Below are positions 9,474 to 17,367 of a stretch of 19,906 bases of DNA, one piece after another. The stretch spans positions 1 to 19,906 of the forward strand of contig JBBQPO010000091.1 of NCBI GenBank assembly GCA_038217285.1. The letters run 5' to 3'. The notes below the pieces were generated by a model. That model was given only the letters and a program-made list of their open reading frames with translations, had not been told where the DNA came from and ran no database searches. The DNA comes from Chthonomonadales bacterium (lineage in GTDB: Bacteria > Armatimonadota > Chthonomonadetes > Chthonomonadales > Chthonomonadaceae). Position 1 is the stretch's first letter. Each line of letters begins with the position of its first letter. Position numbers and translations under genes: made by a program.

Positions 9474-10274
9474 TCATGGTTTCACGACTGCCGACGGCGT
9501 TGCCAATAGTGCGATGAACGGCGAGTCCTTGAGCGCTTTGAGTCCGACGACGACCATATCGGCGTTGATCTCGGCACCGGCGGGGTTCGTGTGGGTATGT
9601 GGGTCGGCGAACAGCGTCTCGACCTTTTCTTTGCCCAACGCTTCGTACCGCTTCGCGATCAGATCGTTGAGGTCTATAAACGCAACCCCCTCCTGCTTTG
9701 CCGCTTCGGACGCCCACTTACCGTAGTCGCCGGAGGCGCGGGCAACAGTCTTGTCGTCTTTCCAGATTTTGCGCGGCACGGGCGAGAGGACAATCGCAAT
9801 CGCGCCTTTGGCCTTCGCATCGCGAACATAGCGGCGCAGATACCATCCGTAGCTATGGACCGTCTCTTTTACACCGGTCATCGGGTTCGTGACTTCCTGT
9901 GTCTCGTCGCCGTTGCCTTTGATCGAGGCCCGGTTACGCGGGTCCGTCAAAGCACCGCCATCGTTGTGCCCGAACTGCATCAGCACGAAGTCGCCCGGTT
10001 TGAGATCGGTGACAATCTTGTCCCACAGCCCCTCGGTCAGATAGGTACGACTGCTGCGCCCACCTCTGGCCCGGTTGATGACTTTGAGCTTCGCCGGATC
10101 AAAATGTTGCACGAGAGGGTCTCCCCAGCCTAACTGCCCCTTCGTACCGTTCTTCACCGTCGAATCCCCGATGAGATACAGGGTAGGCACCCCGGATTCA
10201 GAGAGTGTCTGCTCCTGTGCCAGACTGGACGCTGCCAGGAAGAGAGCCACAAACAGCACACGAAAAATCTTCAT
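9474..10274 (-). CDS. Rhamnogalacturonan acetylesterase (SGNH/GDSL hydrolase, CE12-like), secreted
   Basis: SGNH blocks LIGDSTV, NRARGGRSSRTY, QFGHND and D-P-H-T-H-T. Signal peptide MKIFRVLFVALFLAASSLA-Q; ATG 10274 with AGAAGGA SD; 266 aa. Confidence 0.92.
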   Translation of the reverse strand: MKIFRVLFVALFLAASSLAQEQTLSESGVPTLYLIGDSTVKNGTKGQLGWGDPLVQHFDPAKLKVINRARGGRSSRTYLTEGLWDKIVTDLKPGDFVLMQFGHNDGGALTDPRNRASIKGNGDETQEVTNPMTGVKETVHSYGWYLRRYVRDAKAKGAIAIVLSPVPRKIWKDDKTVARASGDYGKWASEAAKQEGVAFIDLNDLIAKRYEALGKEKVETLFADPHTHTNPAGAEINADMVVVGLKALKDSPFIALLATPSAVVKP

Positions 10275-10344
10275 GCTTGATCCTTCTGACGAACGGCCGA
10301 CGACCGGCATTTGCTCTGTCGCGGTTTGGAACGCTCGCGCGTTT

Positions 10345-13110
10345 TCAGGGTATTTTGCGTTCGATCGGTTGCAGTGTCGCCGGTCCCAATAGTCCGCAGT
10401 CGGTCAGGGGCCAATCGGCGGCATTGAACGGTCGGTAGTTGAGGTTGACGAAGTTGATATCTTTGAAAATTTTCCAGTCCACACCGCGCCGGTCCATATC
10501 CCGGATGCGGTTGGCAGCGACACCGGTCACTTCTACCTCCAAAACATTGTCACCGGTTTTCAGGTTCTCAACGACGATCTGAAACGGCGCGGACAACAGC
10601 GTTCCAAGCGACTTGCCGTTCAGTCGTACCCGCGCACTCTGACAGACAATGCCAAGATCGAGGCGCGCAGAACCGATCCTGGCAGCCAGTCCAAAATCCA
10701 GAGTATAGCGTGCCGTTCCTGCGAATTTCTGCGCCTGTTCTCCGCCCATAGTCGTCCAGGACGCAAGCTTCTCCGTTTGGAAGGCGAATGGCGTTTCCGG
10801 CCCACCTTCGATAAACTGTACGTGCCACGTGCCCGTCAGATCCTGTTTCGGCCCGGTGACACGCCAGTAGTTCCAGGCGGACACCCGTTGTTGCGGAGCT
10901 GCGGGACGGAGAAAGAGCGATTCGCCTGGAGCCAGTTGCAGGTAAACTTCGGTTTCGCCCCTGCCTTTGCCGCGTGTACTCGCCAGCCCTGCCGAACCTG
11001 TCATCGGATCCAACAGGAGAACCTTAGCGGGTAGAGAAGAAAACGGAACCCAACGATCTACCGGAACGGCTCCCTTGTTTACAACGAAGTAGAAGTCTCC
11101 CGTCGGATGCGAGCGCCTCAGAAACGTCAGGCCCTGCGCTTCGACCATCCGTTCGCGGCGTACCGAAATATTTTGCAGAAGTTTCGGCAGATCGTCGGCG
11201 ACCCAGACCGTTCCTTTCCCGACCTGAAAACAGCGAGACTTCGCGGCACCGGAAGAAACGATCAGAACCGGAAGGCGCTGAAAGGAGGCGATCAGAGCGT
11301 GGAGACGCTCACGCCGCTGCGCCAGATCGCCCCAGCCGGGCACGTCCGTCGGAAAGCCGGCCTGGAACAAAACGGTCGCCCCACCCTCTGCCAGATGCGC
11401 CAGATGTTGTAGGGTTTCCAGTGGCATGAAGCGACAGGTCGGAACGATCACGACGCGATAAAATCCTCCAGGGAGTCGCAAACGACCGGACGGTTCGGTT
11501 CGAGCCACGGCAAGCTGCCTGTCCGACACGTAGTCCAGCGCGTAGCCCAGCGCCGTCAACGACTGCGCGACATGCCCGAACGGCTCCTTTTCGAACCACT
11601 CGCGCTTGTGTACGGTCAACTGTTGAATGAGATGCCTGGCGTCGCCTTGCCACACGTCTCGCTCTGGCCAGTAGAGCAGAATGTCGTTGTCCGGTTTTCC
11701 GGACTGTAACAGCGACTGGCAGCGTGTGATGTAAGCGTTTAACGCAGGTGAGTCCCGCCAGATGGGATTGTTGGGATTCATCTCTGTTGAGGCGTAGAAG
11801 AGCCATCCCGGCCACGGCGCCTCCACCGGCGAATAGGCGGTGCCATGATAGACGATGTGATTGATGCCCGCGCAGAGCAGCATATCCACCTCGGTCTTCA
11901 TTTCCGCCAGAGTCTCGGTAAAATGCTCGGCCATCCAGGTTCCGGTCTCAGAACTAGCCAGCGGTCGGCCTGCCACATGGGCTGCCGAGGAGGCGAACAT
12001 CGCCATGAGGGGCGCACGGTCGGCCCCAAAGACTTCCGTTTCCGGAATGTCGGCCGCTGCATAGAGGTCTAGCAGGTTACCCGGCGATCCATGCGCCTGA
12101 TTTCGAGCAAGTTGACCGTGCCGATGCGCGTCGTCGACCCAGGACTTGATGACCTTATCGAGGAACAGTTCGCCCATCACATGGCGATAGTCGTTCCGGA
12201 CCCGCTCCCCTTCGTCCGCGTCGCCTTTGCCCTGCAGCGCAGGCAGATGCTCCCGCAGGTCGTAGCCGCTGCGCGCGAGAAACTCCGGGAAAAGGTCGTC
12301 GGTCCAGTTGCCTTCGTATTCGTAAGAGTCGTGGAACTGCGCCCGTATCGCGCCGGTCGGCAACTGGGCGATCATCGCGTCGAAGGGCTCCAGCCCAGCC
12401 TTCAGGGAGCGCTGTGAAAACGGATTGATCGAATTACCGGCTCCCCCAGGCCCCGGCCGCTTGACCCTGCTCCCAGAGAACTTCTGAGAGACGCTGTAGA
12501 CGGTCCAGTTGCCCGCAGGTGCAGACCAGTTGAGGTTGCCGGTCCCGTCGATTTTGTGGGTGAGAACAATGGTCGTATGATCGGTGCCGTAGGCTACGAC
12601 GGCCTGTGGAGGTGCGTTCGCAAAGGTAAGGTGAAGGCGTTCGCCGCCGACGGCAGGATGCGTCTCGATGACCACGTTGGCGCTCGCGAGTTCGGTCGGC
12701 AGGTTCGGCCCGCCGATACGCCAGCCCGATCCCGGCGGGAGATCGACACTCATGTCGAGGCGCTGTGCTTCGGAACAGGTGTGTCTCAGCATCTCGGTCC
12801 AGGCCGCAGAGAGATATGAAATCTCTCTGCCATCCTGCCCTTTTACGCCGTAGATGGACGTTATCTCGACGCCGCCGAGTCCCGCCTGCTGGTACGTTTC
12901 CAGCAAGTGAGTCAGGTTCGGCTTATCGACGGCGTTGCCGTGCCACCACCATCGCGTCCATGGTCGCGCGGTCCGGGTAACCGGCGGCCAGAGTGGGGCG
13001 CTCGGCGATCCTGGCTCGCTGCGCCCCTGACCGTCCCCCGTTCCAATCACCCCGGACAGCATCAGCATCCCCACCGCCATCACCGTGCCTACCGTTCTGC
13101 GTGTCGCCAT
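10345..13110 (-). CDS. Glycoside hydrolase family 106 alpha-L-rhamnosidase, secreted
   Basis: GH106 motifs RPWTRWWWHGNAV, AGLGGVEITSIYG, GSGWRIGGP, FHDSYE, RNQAHGSPG, DIPETE, ASSAAHV, GINHIVYHG, and a C-terminal sugar-binding domain (LDLG...VRLNG...GLLGP). Start ATG 13110 preferred (GTG 13119 or 13161 possible); N-terminal hydrophobic signal. Confidence 0.9.
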   Translation of the reverse strand: MATRRTVGTVMAVGMLMLSGVIGTGDGQGRSEPGSPSAPLWPPVTRTARPWTRWWWHGNAVDKPNLTHLLETYQQAGLGGVEITSIYGVKGQDGREISYLSAAWTEMLRHTCSEAQRLDMSVDLPPGSGWRIGGPNLPTELASANVVIETHPAVGGERLHLTFANAPPQAVVAYGTDHTTIVLTHKIDGTGNLNWSAPAGNWTVYSVSQKFSGSRVKRPGPGGAGNSINPFSQRSLKAGLEPFDAMIAQLPTGAIRAQFHDSYEYEGNWTDDLFPEFLARSGYDLREHLPALQGKGDADEGERVRNDYRHVMGELFLDKVIKSWVDDAHRHGQLARNQAHGSPGNLLDLYAAADIPETEVFGADRAPLMAMFASSAAHVAGRPLASSETGTWMAEHFTETLAEMKTEVDMLLCAGINHIVYHGTAYSPVEAPWPGWLFYASTEMNPNNPIWRDSPALNAYITRCQSLLQSGKPDNDILLYWPERDVWQGDARHLIQQLTVHKREWFEKEPFGHVAQSLTALGYALDYVSDRQLAVARTEPSGRLRLPGGFYRVVIVPTCRFMPLETLQHLAHLAEGGATVLFQAGFPTDVPGWGDLAQRRERLHALIASFQRLPVLIVSSGAAKSRCFQVGKGTVWVADDLPKLLQNISVRRERMVEAQGLTFLRRSHPTGDFYFVVNKGAVPVDRWVPFSSLPAKVLLLDPMTGSAGLASTRGKGRGETEVYLQLAPGESLFLRPAAPQQRVSAWNYWRVTGPKQDLTGTWHVQFIEGGPETPFAFQTEKLASWTTMGGEQAQKFAGTARYTLDFGLAARIGSARLDLGIVCQSARVRLNGKSLGTLLSAPFQIVVENLKTGDNVLEVEVTGVAANRIRDMDRRGVDWKIFKDINFVNLNYRPFNAADWPLTDCGLLGPATLQPIERKIP

Positions 13111-13144
13111 TGCGGACACGTCCCTTCTCTCCAGCAGGACACGC

Positions 13145-14068
13145 CTACTGACTGCCGACACCTTTAACGCGCATTTTCATCGTGTAGACGCTCTTGCTCG
13201 CCGTGATGAACAGCGTATGCATGTCCTTGCCGCCGAAGCATATATTGGCGGTCCAGTCTTCCACGATTGGGATCTGCTCGATCTGCTTTCCGGTCTTGTC
13301 GAAGACGGTCACGCCCGGTTTGCCGGTTACGTAGACATTGCCCTCATTGTCGATCGTCATGCCATCGGAACCCATCTCGCAGAAGAGCCGTTTGTTCGCC
13401 AGCGATCCATCCGACTGAATGTCGTAGGCGTAAGACTTGTTGGCGTCGATGTCGGCGACATAGAGCGTCTTACCGTCCGGAGTTCCGATGATGCCATTGG
13501 GCTGCACCAGATCGCCGACCACACGCACCATCCTCTTATGATCCGGCGCGAGATAGTAGACTCCATGAACATCCTGCTCCATCGGCCCGCGCTTCCAGTA
13601 GTCGCGCTTGTAGTAGGGATCGGTAAAGTAGAGGCCGCCGTCGGGACGCAGCCAGACATCGTTCGGCCCGTTGAGCAGCTTATGTTCGTAGCCCTTGATC
13701 ACGACCGTCGCCTTGCCTTTGGGAGTGATCTTCCACATCTCGTTCTTCTCATCCGCACACGCCCACAGATCGCCGTGACTGTCGAAACAGAGGCCGTTGG
13801 AGCGTCCGCAAGGCTTCATGAACGTCGTGATCTTGCCGTCGGTCGCGCTCCATTTCATAATACGATCGTTCGGCTGATCGGTGAAATAGATGTCGCCCTT
13901 CTTGTCTGAAGCCGGTCCTTCGGTAAACGAAAACTCCTGCGAAATCGTCTGCAGTGTCGCCCCGGCCGCGATAATCCCGCTGCCCCCCGACTGTGCCTTC
14001 CCCACGATAGCTCCTCCGATTCCCAGACAGATCAGTGCCAGTACCGCTCGCGTTGCTCTCAAGCTCAT
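13145..14068 (-). CDS. SMP-30/gluconolactonase/LRE family lactonase, secreted
   Basis: Beta-propeller motifs FTEGP, SNGL, LNGPND, YFTDP, QPNGI and SDGMTIDNEGNVY. Signal peptide; ATG 14068 with GGAGAAGGA SD; 307 aa. Confidence 0.93.
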   Translation of the reverse strand: MSLRATRAVLALICLGIGGAIVGKAQSGGSGIIAAGATLQTISQEFSFTEGPASDKKGDIYFTDQPNDRIMKWSATDGKITTFMKPCGRSNGLCFDSHGDLWACADEKNEMWKITPKGKATVVIKGYEHKLLNGPNDVWLRPDGGLYFTDPYYKRDYWKRGPMEQDVHGVYYLAPDHKRMVRVVGDLVQPNGIIGTPDGKTLYVADIDANKSYAYDIQSDGSLANKRLFCEMGSDGMTIDNEGNVYVTGKPGVTVFDKTGKQIEQIPIVEDWTANICFGGKDMHTLFITASKSVYTMKMRVKGVGSQ

Positions 14069-14100
14069 GTTCCTTCTCCCATCAAGCGTCTTCGCTGCTA

Positions 14101-14859
14101 TCATGCACTGCCACAGCACTTCTTATATTTTTTGCCGCTGCCACAAGGACAGGCGTCATTGCGCCCGACTTTCGGACCTTCCCGCACATACGTTACGACA
14201 GGCGATGAATGATCGGCCTCCCAATCTTCTTCGTAATCCGGCTTGATCGGCGGAGCCTCACTGCCCAATATGCTGGCATTATAGTCCATCGCGAACGACT
14301 GCATCTGTCTATCATCCGTTAAATCTACCCCTTTCGCCATCGCCGTCATCGCAAACGATTTAGCCATTCCCCAGTTGCGTGGGTCGTTCGCGACCGCGAT
14401 GATCTTTTTGCTCATGCCCAGGATGCGTCTGGCCATTGCGGCGCCGTGACGGAGTCGGCCCGTGGCTTGCAGGAACGTGAAAAAGGAGGCCAAAACGGGA
14501 GCCAGAGCCTGAAAGTAACTCTCTTCAGTCGAGATTTTGCGGGGAAGCGTCTGCAGGCAACACTCCTCCATATCGGCGACATTCCACTGTTCGGGGGTCG
14601 CGTCATAGTCGGAATACATATACGCCGTGAAGTTTGCAATAACACCCTCGGACTCGCCCTTTTGTTCGTCCGTCAACGCCTTGAACGCTGGAGTCTGCAA
14701 CCATTCCCGGGCCCATTCATAAACCTGCTGTCGCATCTCTTCGGGATCAGGTTCTTCGTAATCCTCGTCTTCATCATCCTCGCCTTCATCTAATTCGTCC
14801 GTGGCATCCACAATCTGGACGTTCATCTTTTCACGTTTACGAAATCCGGGGATAAACAT
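14101..14859 (-). CDS. SEC-C motif (Zn-binding) domain-containing protein
   Basis: C-terminal [21 protein letters not shown]; acidic N-terminal tract; helical core. GAGGAG SD upstream of ATG 14859. Confidence 0.9.
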   Translation of the reverse strand: MFIPGFRKREKMNVQIVDATDELDEGEDDEDEDYEEPDPEEMRQQVYEWAREWLQTPAFKALTDEQKGESEGVIANFTAYMYSDYDATPEQWNVADMEECCLQTLPRKISTEESYFQALAPVLASFFTFLQATGRLRHGAAMARRILGMSKKIIAVANDPRNWGMAKSFAMTAMAKGVDLTDDRQMQSFAMDYNASILGSEAPPIKPDYEEDWEADHSSPVVTYVREGPKVGRNDACPCGSGKKYKKCCGSA

Positions 14860-15168
14860 CGGGAATCTCTCCTCTCTTCTCGATCAGGATCCAATCCATG
14901 GTCCTGCCTGATACTGAATCCTGAGAGCGAGACAAAAGTCAACGCTCACTTCCATCGTCCTTAGATTGTGTGGTTATTCGCTATTCACCAGGAAAACCCC
15001 TGCCTCGCTAGGTCTAGCACGGGTAAGTCCACCATTTTCGCGTTGCCGCAGAGGATCATGAGCGATGAAGAAGGGAATGATCCTTCGTCGCTCTCGCCCA
15101 TCGCAATACTATCCACCGCCGCCAGATGTTTACGTTAAGCTATGTACCGAGTGCGGCGTAACGCAATG

Positions 15169-15188
15169 CTGACTTTACGTAGAATCAG
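15169..15188. promoter_or_regulatory. Imperfect 20-bp palindrome overlapping a TAGAAT -10-like box; candidate operator
   Basis: CTGACTTTAC|GTAGAATCAG has 8 of 10 symmetric positions complementary and ends 45 nt upstream of the HEPN start. Confidence 0.3.
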
Positions 15189-15233
15189 TAGACAGTAGTC
15201 AAGAATCTACCCCGTAAGCAAAGGACGATTCAT

Positions 15234-15803
15234 ATGGCCAGTTCCTTTCAAACTCTCCGTTATGTGTCCCGTTTACGAAAGTCCGAACAAGAGGCCGTGT
15301 TCGCGCATGACGCCGCATTTCCGAGTTCCAATATGAAAGCCACCTTTTTAGAAGCCGTGGGCGACGTGTGCGTAGACCGCCTCATACGCGCCCGTAATTG
15401 CCTGGACGTAGCAAAGAAAATAGTTGTCGACGCTGACGAGGAGGCATTACGCACCGCTGTAGGCCGTGCGTACTATAGCGTTCACCATTCAGTGCGTGCG
15501 ATCGCTCTTTACCAAAATAAAGGGGATCCGGATGGACACGAAGAAAGCATACAAGAGTTCAAAAAGCTTCTGAAGGATAAACCGTTTTGTAACCGCTCAG
15601 GACTCAAAACCGATACGTGGACGTCCGTCGTAGAAGCGCGCAGCAACCGCCACGTAGCGGACTATTCTCCCTATGACATTCAGCGCATATTTCCCAACGG
15701 CTTCGAAAGTATCACAGGCGGCAATTGGACAGCCGCAGCACAATTCAATGTGAATTGTGCTGAAACAATCTGGCAGGCAGCACTAAAGATCGTCGGCGCA
15801 TAG
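15234..15803 (+). CDS. HEPN domain-containing protein (UPF0332-like, R-x4-Y type)
   Basis: Helical HEPN signatures DRLIRARNCLDVA, RTAVGRAYYSVHHSVRA, the His in GHEE, and RHVADY. AAGGA SD. Confidence 0.85.
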   Translation: MASSFQTLRYVSRLRKSEQEAVFAHDAAFPSSNMKATFLEAVGDVCVDRLIRARNCLDVAKKIVVDADEEALRTAVGRAYYSVHHSVRAIALYQNKGDPDGHEESIQEFKKLLKDKPFCNRSGLKTDTWTSVVEARSNRHVADYSPYDIQRIFPNGFESITGGNWTAAAQFNVNCAETIWQAALKIVGA

Positions 15804-15815
15804 GGTCGGCGCATA
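15792..15815 (+). repeat. 11-bp direct repeat GTCGGCGCATA x2 across the HEPN stop codon
   Basis: Copies at 15792-15802 and 15805-15815. Confidence 0.8.
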
Positions 15816-15827
15816 AGAAGGATTACT

Positions 15828-16145
15828 ATGCAACTATCGGTTGAAGATACTCTCACTAAGTTAGAGCAGACACTACAAGATGAATTCCGTGATGTACCCC
15901 TGGAATTCACCAGACAGATATTCCCTAATCATGCGGAACTCTGGGTTTACGTCCTGGAGTTATCAAAATATAAGAACGTTCATGAACGATGCGACGAAAT
16001 TGCTCAAGCTGAGAGATTGGACCAACAAACACCTGAGATCTGGCTACTTGCAAAAACGTGGACGGGTCCTTGGCCGGGTGGCGAGTCAGAGCAAGCCTTG
16101 CGAGTTCGCAGAGACGAATTCAAGCGACAACATGCCCTGAAATAA
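15828..16145 (+). CDS. Hypothetical protein, probable HEPN partner (possibly degenerate minimal nucleotidyltransferase fold)
   Basis: 105 aa with AAGAAGGA SD, 24 nt after the HEPN stop, similarly low GC. Helix-strand-strand-helix-strand pattern, but no GS..DxD motif. Confidence 0.7.
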   Translation: MQLSVEDTLTKLEQTLQDEFRDVPLEFTRQIFPNHAELWVYVLELSKYKNVHERCDEIAQAERLDQQTPEIWLLAKTWTGPWPGGESEQALRVRRDEFKRQHALK

Positions 16146-16403
16146 CGATCCAATCGCGCTGCCCCATTCGTGCGAGACGAACGCTGTGGCCGCCAATTAC
16201 TCCAAACTGCATCCTAATCGAACGTTGCAGGGCAGCTCGTTCGGTCAACTGAACAGAAGCAACATCGGTAATCCTTCCGTAATTAGCAACGTGCTGACAC
16301 TACCGAATAAATTGTCGCGCGGCAGGGATTCTGGTTTCGTATCGAGAAATGGTGGGGCAGACATCCTCGCGTCTCACAATAGACCCTATCGGAGAAACCG
16401 CCC

Positions 16404-17234
16404 ATGGTACAGGTTACCTCGTCACTGCCGACCCTCGACACCGACTATACGCTCAGCGCCGACCAGATCGCCACCTTCCAGCGGAACGGGCATATCATGC
16501 TTCCGGCTGTCTGCTCGACGGTAGAGATCGCCGCCTATCGCCCGGTCTTGAATGCCGCAACTGCACGGTATAAAACCGAGAATCGTCCTATGGAGGAGCG
16601 CGACACCTACGGCAAAGCCTTTCTTCAGATCATGAATCTCTGGGTACAGGATGAGAAGGTTCGGCGCTATACGCTGGCCCGGCGTTTTGCGAAGATCGCA
16701 GCCGAATTGATGAAGGCCGAGGGAGCGCGTCTCTATCACGATCAGGCGCTCTACAAAGAGGCCCACGGCGGGCACACCCCGTGGCATCAGGATCAGTACT
16801 ACTGGCCGCTCGAAACGGAGGGCATTCAGGCGGTGACGATGTGGATGCCACTGGTCGATGTCTCCATCGACATGGGCGCCCTGACCTTTGCGTCGGGATC
16901 ACAACTGGATGGCGTCATCAGCCGGCTTGCGATCTCCGACGCCTCCGAAGAGGTCTTCGCCGACTATGTCACCAAGAAAGGTTACCCTGTTCACAACGAG
17001 ATCATGAAGGCCGGGGACGCCACGTTCCACGCAGGCTGGACCCTCCACTGCGCTCCCGGCAACTCCAGCGACACGATGCGCGAGGTTATGACCGTCATCT
17101 ACTTCGCGGATGGCATCCATGTGCTTCAGCCGGACAACCCGAACCGGGAGAACGATCTCGCTGGCTGGCTACCCGGCCTGAAACCGGGCGATCTCGCTGC
17201 AAGCGAACTGAATCCCCTCGTCTATCGCCGCTAA
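16404..17234 (+). CDS. Phytanoyl-CoA dioxygenase (PhyH) family Fe(II)/2-oxoglutarate dioxygenase
   Basis: TPWHQD (HxD), distal His in FHAGWTLH, VTMWMPL.DV...MGAL.F..GS, and N-terminal QIATFQRNGHI. GGAGA SD. Confidence 0.93.
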   Translation: MVQVTSSLPTLDTDYTLSADQIATFQRNGHIMLPAVCSTVEIAAYRPVLNAATARYKTENRPMEERDTYGKAFLQIMNLWVQDEKVRRYTLARRFAKIAAELMKAEGARLYHDQALYKEAHGGHTPWHQDQYYWPLETEGIQAVTMWMPLVDVSIDMGALTFASGSQLDGVISRLAISDASEEVFADYVTKKGYPVHNEIMKAGDATFHAGWTLHCAPGNSSDTMREVMTVIYFADGIHVLQPDNPNRENDLAGWLPGLKPGDLAASELNPLVYRR

Positions 17235-17240
17235 GGCAAC

Positions 17241-17318
17241 GCGCAAGAATTAACGCTCCTCATTTTCGCTTCGAATGAGATGAAAACTGCCTTGATTGTG
17301 AAGCAGTTATTCTTGCGC
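17241..17318 (+). other. Predicted three-way-junction RNA structure between the PhyH gene and mgtE
   Basis: Perfect 10-bp stem GCGCAAGAAT/ATTCTTGCGC enclosing two 6-bp hairpins, CTCATT/AATGAG and AACTGC/GCAGTT. Confidence 0.4.
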
Positions 17319-17367
17319 CTGTCCTAAGCCCGCGCAGCCTCCTTGTTTCCGAGGAAACAACCAGACT

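Noticed and set aside
14101-14180. secA call from the SEC-C motif
   Set aside because: Only the Zn knuckle is shared; there are no helicase/ATPase domains and the protein is 252 aa.
16352-16377. REP-like element GTGGGGCAGACATCCTCGCGTCTCAC
   Set aside because: Single imperfect copy in the window with no RAYT transposase nearby; it needs a genome-wide count.
16186-16524. 112-aa + strand ORF between the HEPN cassette and the PhyH gene
   Set aside because: It overlaps the PhyH gene out of frame and has no clear SD or recognisable motif.
17235-17367. M-box (ykoK) riboswitch upstream of mgtE
   Set aside because: Only short chance-level resemblances (GCTCCT, TGTCCTA); the conserved core is absent and the space is short. 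Kept only as an unnamed structure.
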